Below, one piece after another: positions 56,085 through 64,000 of a stretch of DNA of 64,000 bases (its first letter is position 1; every line of letters starts with the position of its first letter). This stretch comes from Planctomycetota bacterium. GTDB taxonomy: Bacteria > Planctomycetota > UBA1135 > UBA2386. The notes under the pieces were generated by a model, which was not told where the DNA came from, made no database searches, and saw only the letters and a list, made by a program, of their open reading frames with translations. The DNA is taken from contig OZ245006.1 in NCBI GenBank assembly GCA_965223545.1, positions 5,376,001 through 5,440,000 on the forward strand, written 5' to 3'. The position numbers and the translations under genes were made by a program.

Positions 56085-57491
56085 TCAGCGCGCGCCGATC
56101 GTCAGTTGCAGGCCTCCCGTTGCGCTCGCGCCGGCCGGGTTCGCGCCGGCGTCGAGGACGAACGCCTGCCCGAACGTGGATGCGCCGAGCAGGCTCGGGT
56201 TGATGGGAATCGGCAGTTGCCAAGGAATGCTCGGGCCGGTGGCCACGGGCAGCGCGGCGTTCCATTCGGCCGACGTCCACAGGGAGCACCCGGTCATGCC
56301 GATCGGCGTCAGGGACAGGGGGAGCGGGCCGCCGGCCCAGGTCGTTGCCGAGCTGCCGAGCGCGGCGACGACCGGCGCGCCGGCGGGCACCGCGTCGACC
56401 TGGAGGGTGAGGGTGTCGCCGAGCCACGGCAGGGCGCCGGTCGGCGTGAGCTGCGGGGGGCCCAGCGCACCGGGACAGGCCAGACCATACGCGCGAACCG
56501 CGGCCGGGTTGACTGGCGCCAGCCACCACGTGTCGCCCAAGGGCGTGCGCCCGTCGTAGCCGCCGAACGACACGGTCCGCCGGCGCAGCCCGTCGTACGC
56601 GAGGGTCGGCCAGCCGCGGGCCGCCGGAGCCACTCCTGCGGCGCGCCGCCGCCAGGTCGTGCCGCTCCAGTCCCAGACGTCGCCTCGCCAGCGGCCGCCA
56701 TCCCAGCCACCGAACATGACGGTGCGCCGGCGCCCGGCGTCGTAGGCCATGCCGTGTGTCGATCGCGGTCCGGGTGCCGTCGCTGGCGTGCTTTGCGTCC
56801 AAGTTCCGGCACCACCGTCCCACTCCCACGTGTCGGCGAGCTGCCCGCGTGCGTCGCGCCCCCCGTAGAGCACGACGACGCCGCGGTGGAGGTCGTACGC
56901 CATGCCGGCGGAGTAGCGCGGCCCGGGGCTGTTCGCCGGCGTGCGTTGGGTCCACGTGCCGGCGCTGCCGTCCCACTCCCAAGTGTCGCCGGCGATGCAG
57001 CCGTTGGTGCAGTCGCCGCCGAACAGCACGACCCGACCGCGGGAGGCGTCGTACACCATGCGGTGCGCGAAGCGCGGCGAGGGGCTCGGGCCAGTTGCCG
57101 GCGTGCGGTCGGTCCATCGGCCGCTGCCGCCGTCCCACTCCCACGTCTCGGCACGACCGGCGCCGGCGTTCCAGTCGCCGAACAGCACCACCGTGCCGCG
57201 CTGCGCATCGTAGGCCAGCGCGTGCGACGAGTGGATGCCGGGACCACCGGTGGGCGAGCGTTGTCGCCAAGCGCTGCCGTCGAACTCCCAGACCTCGTCG
57301 AGATCGGCACTGCCGTCCCAGCCACCGGTGATCACGATGCGGTCGCGGCCGGCGTCATACGCGATTGCGTGGCTGCTACGCGGCGACGGCGGCGCGGTCG
57401 GCATGGCGTTGGTCCAGGCGAGCTGTGCTGGCGCTGGAACGCCGTAGGCGAGTGCGGCTGCGGTGAGAAAGACCTTGTGGTGTTGGTGCAT
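56085..57491 (-). CDS. Secreted kelch-repeat beta-propeller protein with C-terminal accessory domain
   Basis: Signal peptide; about six repeats P.PR..H.MAYD..R…VLFGG…DTWEWDG; C-terminal YGLAC…IGMTGC…NPAG…TGGL module. Confidence 0.85.
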   Translation of the reverse strand: MHQHHKVFLTAAALAYGVPAPAQLAWTNAMPTAPPSPRSSHAIAYDAGRDRIVITGGWDGSADLDEVWEFDGSAWRQRSPTGGPGIHSSHALAYDAQRGTVVLFGDWNAGAGRAETWEWDGGSGRWTDRTPATGPSPSPRFAHRMVYDASRGRVVLFGGDCTNGCIAGDTWEWDGSAGTWTQRTPANSPGPRYSAGMAYDLHRGVVVLYGGRDARGQLADTWEWDGGAGTWTQSTPATAPGPRSTHGMAYDAGRRRTVMFGGWDGGRWRGDVWDWSGTTWRRRAAGVAPAARGWPTLAYDGLRRRTVSFGGYDGRTPLGDTWWLAPVNPAAVRAYGLACPGALGPPQLTPTGALPWLGDTLTLQVDAVPAGAPVVAALGSSATTWAGGPLPLSLTPIGMTGCSLWTSAEWNAALPVATGPSIPWQLPIPINPSLLGASTFGQAFVLDAGANPAGASATGGLQLTIGAR

Positions 57492-57529
57492 GCGATGCTC
57501 CGCGCCCGCGACGTCGGGTGCCGAGCAGA

Positions 57530-57548
57530 TAGTTGTAATATACAACTA
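57530..57548. promoter_or_regulatory. AT-rich palindromic operator upstream of kelch gene
   Basis: TAGTTGTA-ATA-TACAACTA perfect 8-bp inverted repeat, about 40 nt upstream of ATG 57491. Confidence 0.6.
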
Positions 57549-57573
57549 AACACCGAGCAAGCGGGGCGGGCGC

Positions 57574-59076
57574 CTACTGCACGGTCGCGACCCAGACGTT
57601 GGTCAAGTGGCCGGATCCGGCGGGATCGAGGATCAGGGCCTGCGCTGCGACCGTCTGGCCGACGAGTCGCGGATCGGCGGGAATGGCCACCGTCACGCGC
57701 GCCGGTACGCCTGTGGACGGAACGACCGTGAGCGGAGCCAGCGGCACCAGAGTCCGCAGCTCGAGCCCGAGGCGGCCGAACGGCGTCGCCGTGGTTTGCT
57801 CCGCAACTGCCAGCAAGGGGATGGCGACGCGGAACAGGGGGGCGTAGCCGGGCTCGACGCCGATGCGCAGATCGAGGACGCCGCCGATGCTGGGTGTGCC
57901 GGCGATCTGCACGTGCCGGTGCTGGTTGAACCACGGCCGGACCGGTTGGTTGCCGGTGAACCCTCGTGCGCCGATGAACAGGTCCTGATCGCGATCGCCA
58001 TCGAGGTCGGCCGCCGCGAGATCGGCGGCCAACATGACCGGCGCCAGCATGCGTCCAGTGGCGTCGCGCAACGCACCGGTGCCGTCGTTGATGGCGAGGA
58101 AGGTCGGCGACAGCGGAGTGTTCGTCAGGCCGACGACGTCGGGGTCGCCGTCGAGATCCACGTCGACGGCGATTGCTTTGGCGACGTGGTGGAGCGGCAG
58201 CGTCAGTCGCGCGCTGCAGTCGCTGAACACGCCCGCGCCGTCGTTGCAGAAGAGCGCGTCGCCGAAGAAGCCGCCTCCGCCCACGTACAGGTCCGGATCG
58301 CCGTCGCCGTCGAAGTCGGTGACCACGAGCGAGTAGGCCAGCACCGGCCGTTGCGGCAGCTGCCCGGGGCCGGCGGGAGAGAACTCGGCCCGGCCGGAGT
58401 TGAGGTACAGCGCGACGCCCTGCGGAGCCATCGACGTGCCCGAGTTGGCGAACAGCAGGTCGAGGTCGCCATCGCCGTCGATGTCGCGCGCGGCCACCGC
58501 TTCGGTTTGATCGTCATCGGCGGGCAGACGTGGCGTGGCGTCGCGGAACCGGCCATTGCCGTCGTTGAGGAACAGGAGGTTCTGCGCGTTGCCGGAACGC
58601 GCGAACGCCGCGTCGAGATCACCGTCGCCGTCGAGGTCCGCCAGCGTGACGTCCGACGACAAGCCGAACGGCAGTCGCAGTCCCCCGGACGGAGACAGCC
58701 GACCGGTCCCGTCGTTGAGCAGCAACGCACTTCCGCTGCTCGCCAGGACGACGTCGACATCGCCGTCGCCATCGACGTCGCCATGGTCGAGCGCTGCAAC
58801 GATGCCTCCGGTGAGCGGCGTCTCGAAGCCGGCGGCAAACACACCGTTGCCGTCGTTGAGGCGGACGACCACCGCGTCCGCCGACGCGCTGCCCTCGACC
58901 CACACCGCATCGCCATCGCCGTCGCCATCGAGATCGACGACCGCCACCGCGAAGACCGACGCCGCCGGCACCGGGGATACGCGGTTGGCATACTGGTGAA
59001 ACTGCAGCTGCGCGCCGAGCACCGGCGCAAGCAGCGCGGTCGCGGACAGCACGGACGTTTGCATCGACAAAAGCAT
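57574..59076 (-). CDS. Secreted FG-GAP/VCBS repeat protein with C-terminal accessory domain
   Basis: GAGGA SD; signal peptide; seven D[LVIF]D.DG(D) calcium-binding repeats each followed by L.NDG.G; C-terminal IP…LVG….Q…D…LTN. Confidence 0.87.
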   Translation of the reverse strand: MLLSMQTSVLSATALLAPVLGAQLQFHQYANRVSPVPAASVFAVAVVDLDGDGDGDAVWVEGSASADAVVVRLNDGNGVFAAGFETPLTGGIVAALDHGDVDGDGDVDVVLASSGSALLLNDGTGRLSPSGGLRLPFGLSSDVTLADLDGDGDLDAAFARSGNAQNLLFLNDGNGRFRDATPRLPADDDQTEAVAARDIDGDGDLDLLFANSGTSMAPQGVALYLNSGRAEFSPAGPGQLPQRPVLAYSLVVTDFDGDGDPDLYVGGGGFFGDALFCNDGAGVFSDCSARLTLPLHHVAKAIAVDVDLDGDPDVVGLTNTPLSPTFLAINDGTGALRDATGRMLAPVMLAADLAAADLDGDRDQDLFIGARGFTGNQPVRPWFNQHRHVQIAGTPSIGGVLDLRIGVEPGYAPLFRVAIPLLAVAEQTTATPFGRLGLELRTLVPLAPLTVVPSTGVPARVTVAIPADPRLVGQTVAAQALILDPAGSGHLTNVWVATVQ

Positions 59077-59087
59077 TCGCTTCCTCA

Positions 59088-59125
59088 CTAACGGCAAGTA
59101 CCGAGTCAGGCTCGTTTTTCTCGCT
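59088..59125 (+). repeat. Single copy of dispersed REP-like element
   Basis: AAGTACCGAGTCAGGCTCGTTTTTCTCGCT has 2 mismatches over 30 nt against the 17971-18000 arm; abuts the sigma factor stop codon. Confidence 0.85.
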
Positions 59126-62100
59126 ACACCTTCCCGCGGGGCAACAAGACTGGAACTACGGCCGCCGGGGGGGCCGGCGGCACGACGAAGGGGGCTGTCG
59201 TGTGGGCGGCATCGAGCGCGCGGAGTCGGAATGTGACCCCCGGAGCCGGTGGCAACAGAAAGTGGCCGTGCACGTCGGTGCGGACTGGTGTGGGCAGCGG
59301 CGTGTCGCTGCGCAGCAACAGCAGGTCCGCGTCGGCGCGTGGGTGACCGGCGGCGTCGTGCACCGAGATGCGCTGCAGCAGTGGTGGTCGCCACTCGACG
59401 GAGTGCTCGATGCGTGCTCCCGGTCCGACCACGATCACTCCGCGAAGCGGGTGTTGGTCGAGCGTGCCGGTTGCCGGATCCTCGAGGTGGATTCGAGCGC
59501 GATACCGCATCGGCGCCAGGGCCGTGAAGGTGTGTCGGCCCGTGGCGTCGAGCGGCGTCGGTTCGGTCGAATGCGTGGTGAGCGGGAGACCCAGACTGGG
59601 ACTCCGCGGTGCGTCGGGGCTTCCCACCAAGCTGACCGATGCGCCCGTCAGCGGGGCACCGTCGCGCGTCACTTGCAAGACGACCACGCCCGGAGCGGCG
59701 GCGTGCGCCGCAAGCGTGGCCACGCGCTCTTGTCCGGCGACCAGCTGGACCGTGGCGACGCCGCGCAGCAGCTCACGCCACCCGAACCCGAGGCTCGTGT
59801 CCGTGCGTCGCCATAGATCGACCTGCCAAGTGCCCGCGGGTGCGCTGAACGGACCGAACGTGCCGCGTGCCCCGACGGCCGCACCGGCCCGGGTCTGATC
59901 TCCGCGCCGCAGGCGAATGCTCACGCCGAGGGCCGCCACGCTCGACGGGATGACTCGCCCGCGGAACGTCGCAGACGCCGGCAGCTGCAGGACGATCTCG
60001 CTGTTCGCCTGCTCGACGACGATGTCGGCCGCCGCCGAGGTGGTGCCGTCTGGCGCCAAGGCGCGCACGGCGATCCGCTCGTGCAGAGCGGCGTGCAGGA
60101 TTGCGTCGCCGAAACGATCCGTGGATGCGGCGTCAAGCTGCAGGGACACGCGGTCGTCGTCGCCGACGACGTGGTGCAGCACGACTCCGCCGGTGCCGGC
60201 GATGGGGGGATCGTCCGGGCACCGCAGCAGGTCGACCCAGCAGCCCGGGCACGGGGTCCCCTCTCGCACGACCCGCACGCGCAGCGGGACGACCGGCTCG
60301 AGCGCGACTGCCACCTCCGCGTCGGAAAAGTCCACCGCCACCGGCACGCGCGGTTGCGCGCGGTACCGGTCGCGGCGCGGGATGACGCTGACGATGAGGT
60401 CGCCTGGGGCAACGCGCTCGGCGATCGCGACGCCCCCGGAGTGCGCGCCGAACTCGCCTCGTTGCCGTCTGACCATTGGCATCCCCGCGGTGCCACTCAG
60501 CTGCCAGGCGAACTCTTCGACCGGTGCGCCCGTGCTGGAGTCGAAGGCGCGAATCGTCAGCGTCGGCAGCGGCTCCCGGCGGGCGACGAGGCGAAGGCCG
60601 GCCGTGCCGAACTCGATGGGCTCGTCGATCCAAAGTGCCGTCAGGCCGCTGCCCTGCGACGGTCGTAGGCGCACCGGCGCCGGCGCGGCGTCCGCCGATG
60701 GCAGCTTGAAGCGACCGTCGGCGCGCGTCCGCACCATTCGATTGCCGGCTTGTAGGAGCGCGTGCGCGACCGGCGCGCCGCCTTCATCGACCAGCTGGCC
60801 GGTGATGAGCCGCGTCGGAGCCGCGGTCAGCTCGCACTTTGCAGGGCGCGTTCCTCCAGCGATGGCGAGCCGCCGCGGCCCGGCCTCGATCCGGTGGCCG
60901 CTGACCGACAGTGGCCAGTCGCCGGGTGGCAGCGGTTGCTCGAGTGCGAACGCACCTTCTCCGTCGCTGCGGCCGCGGACGAAGTGCGAGGCCGCGTTGC
61001 CGCCCAGCACGTCACTGATCCGGACCGATGCCGTGATCGTCGCCTGCAGCGGGCGGCCTTGCAGATCACGCAGCACGCCGCGCACGTGCTGGCCGGGTCG
61101 CATGACGAGGTCACCCAAGTCGACTTCCGTGCCGGGCTGCAGGCCGACGCCGGCCATCGCGCTCAGCAGCATCGACGACCACGTCGCCGCGACGCCGACG
61201 TAGTCGGGATGCTCGACGCGCAGTCCGTAGCGACAGGCGGGGTGCGGCCGAGCGACGAGAGTGAAGCGGCCTTGGTCATCGGTCGTGCCGCGCAGCGGCT
61301 CCGGCGAGGCGAGACCGCCGTAGCGGGCGGCGCCGGCCGAGTCCGGCTGACCACTCAGCGTGATCCCGCAGCCGCTGATCGGCCTGCCGCTCGCGTCGAC
61401 ACACCGGCCCGTGATCGTGGTTGCCAGGAGTTGCGGAGCATGCGGCGGTGGGGGCGGCGTCGGGGTTCGATCCGCGTTCGGTGAGACCGCGGCCGTCGCC
61501 GGGGCCGGGAGATCGGCCGCGTTCGCGGGGGATGGCGGTGGGGGGGCAAGCCAAGACCAGACCTGCCAGCCGGCGAACGCGGTGACGATCAGCGCGATCG
61601 CGGCGGCTGCCGGTACCAGCGGCACGACGCGATGCGGCGTGCTCTCGAGCTGTCGCGCTCGCTGCAGCACGGCCCGGCGCGCGGCTCTCAACGCAGGCCG
61701 TAGCGTGGCGATGGCGAGGCCTGCTGGCAGGGCGTTGCGCAACATGGCGAGCCCGCGCTGCAGCTGGCTGCGCACGGTGCTCGGCGAGCGATGCAGGGCC
61801 GCCGCGATGTCACCGGGTACTTCGGCGTCGACCAAGTAGGGGTAGACGACGTCCCGGTAGCGCGTCGGCAGACCGGTGATCGCCCGCTCGAGTCGCGTGC
61901 GCAGCTCGCGCTGCTCGAGCGCGCTCGGTGGCTGGCTGGCGGCGCTCGGATCGGCGATCTGCACCGCTCCATCCGACGGCGCTTGCCGCCGCGTCCTGGC
62001 GCGTTCGCGCAGCGCGCGCCGCGCACGGTGGACGAGAATGCCGACCAGCCACGGCAACACCGCCCGGCGTTCGTCGAACTGATCGCGGGCTTCGACCAGC

Positions 62101-62267
62101 GTCACAAACGCTTCCTGCACCGCGTCGTCGGCGTCGTCGGAGTCGCGCAACAAGTGCCGCGCGATGCGGTGTAGCTCCGGCGCCACGCGGTCGAACAGCG
62201 CGCCCAGAGCGCGCAAGTCGCCGTGCCGGCGGTAGGCGTGGAACAATTGGTCGAGGTCGGGTGGCAC
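59124..62267 (-). CDS. ECF-type sigma-70 factor fused to a TM helix and carboxypeptidase-regulatory-like/Ig-like repeats
   Basis: Region 2 (DADDAVQEAF, PWL.GI), region 4 (LP.RYRDVV…IA.AL…STVRSQL.RGL), TM (AAAAIALIVTAFAGW), repeats ITG..VD..G.P. Confidence 0.85.
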   Translation of the reverse strand: MPPDLDQLFHAYRRHGDLRALGALFDRVAPELHRIARHLLRDSDDADDAVQEAFVTLVEARDQFDERRAVLPWLVGILVHRARRALRERARTRRQAPSDGAVQIADPSAASQPPSALEQRELRTRLERAITGLPTRYRDVVYPYLVDAEVPGDIAAALHRSPSTVRSQLQRGLAMLRNALPAGLAIATLRPALRAARRAVLQRARQLESTPHRVVPLVPAAAAIALIVTAFAGWQVWSWLAPPPPSPANAADLPAPATAAVSPNADRTPTPPPPPHAPQLLATTITGRCVDASGRPISGCGITLSGQPDSAGAARYGGLASPEPLRGTTDDQGRFTLVARPHPACRYGLRVEHPDYVGVAATWSSMLLSAMAGVGLQPGTEVDLGDLVMRPGQHVRGVLRDLQGRPLQATITASVRISDVLGGNAASHFVRGRSDGEGAFALEQPLPPGDWPLSVSGHRIEAGPRRLAIAGGTRPAKCELTAAPTRLITGQLVDEGGAPVAHALLQAGNRMVRTRADGRFKLPSADAAPAPVRLRPSQGSGLTALWIDEPIEFGTAGLRLVARREPLPTLTIRAFDSSTGAPVEEFAWQLSGTAGMPMVRRQRGEFGAHSGGVAIAERVAPGDLIVSVIPRRDRYRAQPRVPVAVDFSDAEVAVALEPVVPLRVRVVREGTPCPGCWVDLLRCPDDPPIAGTGGVVLHHVVGDDDRVSLQLDAASTDRFGDAILHAALHERIAVRALAPDGTTSAAADIVVEQANSEIVLQLPASATFRGRVIPSSVAALGVSIRLRRGDQTRAGAAVGARGTFGPFSAPAGTWQVDLWRRTDTSLGFGWRELLRGVATVQLVAGQERVATLAAHAAAPGVVVLQVTRDGAPLTGASVSLVGSPDAPRSPSLGLPLTTHSTEPTPLDATGRHTFTALAPMRYRARIHLEDPATGTLDQHPLRGVIVVGPGARIEHSVEWRPPLLQRISVHDAAGHPRADADLLLLRSDTPLPTPVRTDVHGHFLLPPAPGVTFRLRALDAAHTTAPFVVPPAPPAAVVPVLLPRGKV

Positions 62268-62380
62268 GTGGCAAGCAGGGTATCTGCAAGGCCGCTGCGT
62301 GCGGGCAGCCGCGGCGTCTCACGAAATCCGGGGTTCCGATCCCCGGGGGCATGTCGGGGCACGTCGAGCGGTTCGTGAAA

Positions 62381-62397
62381 TCAGAATAGCATTCTGA
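62381..62397. promoter_or_regulatory. Probable TetR operator palindrome
   Basis: TCAGAAT-AGC-ATTCTGA, followed by a partial overlapping copy (GAAATACTGTTCTG), upstream of the TetR gene. Confidence 0.65.
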
Positions 62398-62440
62398 AAT
62401 ACTGTTCTGCTCCGAGCGCAGATCACCACCTTGGCCACCA

Positions 62441-63094
62441 ATGTCACAACCGCCGCCTCTCAAGCGACCACGGCAGGAGCGCAGCCGCCGCACCATGGAG
62501 CGGGTGCTGGATGCCGCGGAGAAGCTGCTGGAGTCGCGCTCGTTCGAGTCGATTCCCGTCAGCGAGCTGGTGCGTGCGGCCGGCACTTCGGTCGGTGCGT
62601 TCTACACTCGCTTTCGCGACAAGGGAGCGCTGTTGCCCGCGCTCTACGAGCGCTACGACGCATGGGTCTCGGGCCAGGCCAGGCGCATGGCGAGATCGCG
62701 CGCGTGGCAGGGGATGGGCCCGGAGGCCACGGTCTCCTGGGTCGTGCACCAGATGGTGCGGCTGTTGCGTCACCGACCCTACCTCCAGCGCGCCATGGCG
62801 CTGCACGCACGCCAACACCCGGAGAAGATCGACGGCGAGACCCGCGCCCGGCGGCAACGACAGTTCGCCTTCCTCGGCGAGGCGCTGCTGGCGAACCGCG
62901 AACACTGGTGCCACGCCGACCCGGAGCGCGCCGTGCAGACCGCGGTGTTCATGGCCGCCGCGGTTTGCCGCGAGGCGGTTCTGTTTCGCGATGCGCCGCA
63001 CTCGCAGGCCACCGCGATGAGCTACGCGGAGGTCGAGCGCGAGGTTGCCCGCCAAATGCTGGGCTATCTCCGCACTCCCGCCACTACCGAGTGA
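62441..63094 (+). CDS. TetR/AcrR family transcriptional regulator
   Basis: PRQERSRRT…VLDAAEKLL…FE.I.V.ELV..AG.SVG.FY.RF.DK N-terminal HTH. Confidence 0.93.
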   Translation: MSQPPPLKRPRQERSRRTMERVLDAAEKLLESRSFESIPVSELVRAAGTSVGAFYTRFRDKGALLPALYERYDAWVSGQARRMARSRAWQGMGPEATVSWVVHQMVRLLRHRPYLQRAMALHARQHPEKIDGETRARRQRQFAFLGEALLANREHWCHADPERAVQTAVFMAAAVCREAVLFRDAPHSQATAMSYAEVEREVARQMLGYLRTPATTE

Positions 63095-64000
63095 GGCGGT
63101 GCCTCCCGCTCCGGACCATCGCGCTCTGCATCGTCGCCGTCGTCTTCGCCGGCACTGCGCGTCCCCAGACGGCATCTTCCCGTGCTTCGGCGCTCTCTCT
63201 GGAGTCGACGACCATCCAAAGTGGGGCGGGTCAGTATCGAGCCCAACGAGGCCGGATCGTTGTGCCCGAGAACCGAGCGGCGGAGGAGACACGCGAGATT
63301 CGCCTCGCGTTCATTCGACTGCAGAGCGGTGCGGACCGGCCTGGCCCGCCGTTGTTCTTGCTGCCGGGCGGGCCGGGCAACGCGGCCACTCCGTTGGCGC
63401 GCAGCCCGCTGTGGTCGCGCTATCTCGAGCTCGGCGACGTCGTGCTCATGGACCCACGCGGCACCGGCAGGTCGGAACCGGATCTGCTGTGGAGCTCGGA
63501 CAGCCTCTCACCGGAACTGTTGTTCACCGAACGCGAAACCGCCGTCGCGCACCTTGCCGAGGTCGGCGGCGAGGCTGCGCGTCACTTCGCGACCGAGGGG
63601 TGCGACCTGGCGGGCTACAACACCCGTGAGATGGCGCTGGACATCGATGCTCTGCGACGCGCCCTGGGGTACGAGCAAGTGCACCTGTTCGGCCACAGCT
63701 TTGGCACGCACTTGGGGCTCGAGATCCTGCGGCGGTTTCCGAGCACGGTTGCGCGATTCGTCGCGGTCGGCACGGCTGGCACCGGCGACATGATGAAGCT
63801 GCCAGGCGAGCTGGATGCGAGATTGGCAAGGCTCGCAGCGGTGATCGCTGCCGATCCCGTGGTGGGAGCGGAGATGCCCGACTTTGCCGCGGACGTGCGC
63901 ACGGCGATCGAGCAGTTGCGCGACGAGCCGTTGCTCGTGCCCGTTGTCGACCCGCGCTCGAGGCAACGACGCATCGTCGAGCTGGGGTCGTTCGGCATGC
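63091..64000 (+). CDS. Secreted alpha/beta hydrolase (tripeptidyl aminopeptidase/TAP-like), 3' truncated; absent from the ORF track
   Basis: GTG 63091 overlaps TetR TGA; manual translation gives a signal peptide, VPENR, LPGGPG, DPRGTGRS, DL.GYNT, D.LR.ALG and the GHSFGTHLG nucleophile. Confidence 0.85.
   Translation, partial: MRRCLPLRTIALCIVAVVFAGTARPQTASSRASALSLESTTIQSGAGQYRAQRGRIVVPENRAAEETREIRLAFIRLQSGADRPGPPLFLLPGGPGNAATPLARSPLWSRYLELGDVVLMDPRGTGRSEPDLLWSSDSLSPELLFTERETAVAHLAEVGGEAARHFATEGCDLAGYNTREMALDIDALRRALGYEQVHLFGHSFGTHLGLEILRRFPSTVARFVAVGTAGTGDMMKLPGELDARLARLAAVIAADPVVGAEMPDFAADVRTAIEQLRDEPLLVPVVDPRSRQRRIVELGSFGM

Noticed and set aside
52913..62267. Possible horizontally acquired island (slightly more A/T in the sigma fusion genes)
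   Set aside because: No integrase, tRNA or flanking direct repeats; the compositional shift could not be quantified by eye.
62328..62346. Small hairpin CCGGGG-N7-CCCCGG upstream of the sigma fusion
   Set aside because: A 6-bp GC stem is expected by chance at this GC content, and it has no U-tract or second copy.
1..64000. Many long Arg/Ala/Gly/Pro-rich alternative-frame and antisense ORFs (e.g. 4950-6881 -, 6494-8827 -, 40320-42962 +, 55713-57731 +)
   Set aside because: They shadow well-supported genes and lack motifs; such ORFs are expected in high-GC DNA with few stop codons.
1..64000. tRNA, rRNA or riboswitch in intergenic gaps
   Set aside because: Gaps are short and none showed a cloverleaf or a recognisable conserved RNA motif; a covariance-model search was not possible.

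Overview
Very GC-rich (roughly 70%, estimated by eye), gene-dense bacterial chromosomal segment with about 44 CDSs. I found no rRNA, tRNA, CRISPR array or transposase. The gene content points to a Planctomycetota genome (inference): a DUF1592/DUF1552 pair, PQQ-like propellers, a DUF1080 protein, cytochrome c fusions and ~1000-aa membrane-anchored ECF sigma factors. Housekeeping and metabolic genes include glgX, glgB, folD, ychF, lpxA, a fused otsA-otsB, a GH15 hydrolase and a PTS enzyme I homolog. Main observations: (1) up to seven unrelated secreted proteins share a ~110-130 aa C-terminal module that may be an undescribed sorting or surface-anchoring domain, and one protein consists of little else; (2) a dispersed REP/REPIN-like element occurs at four sites, once as a perfect 38-bp inverted doublet; (3) two sigma-TM-extracytoplasmic one-component ECF regulators flank two propeller genes that carry the C-terminal module; (4) several apparent pseudo-enzymes cluster around lpxA and the trehalose genes (an enzyme I lacking its catalytic Cys, two M16 subunits lacking HxxEH, and a degenerate Stf0-like sulfotransferase); (5) TANNNT boxes recur 6-10 nt before start codons, suggesting leaderless transcripts. 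All family calls come from motif recognition by eye; no database searches were run. Several start codons were moved relative to the ORF track.
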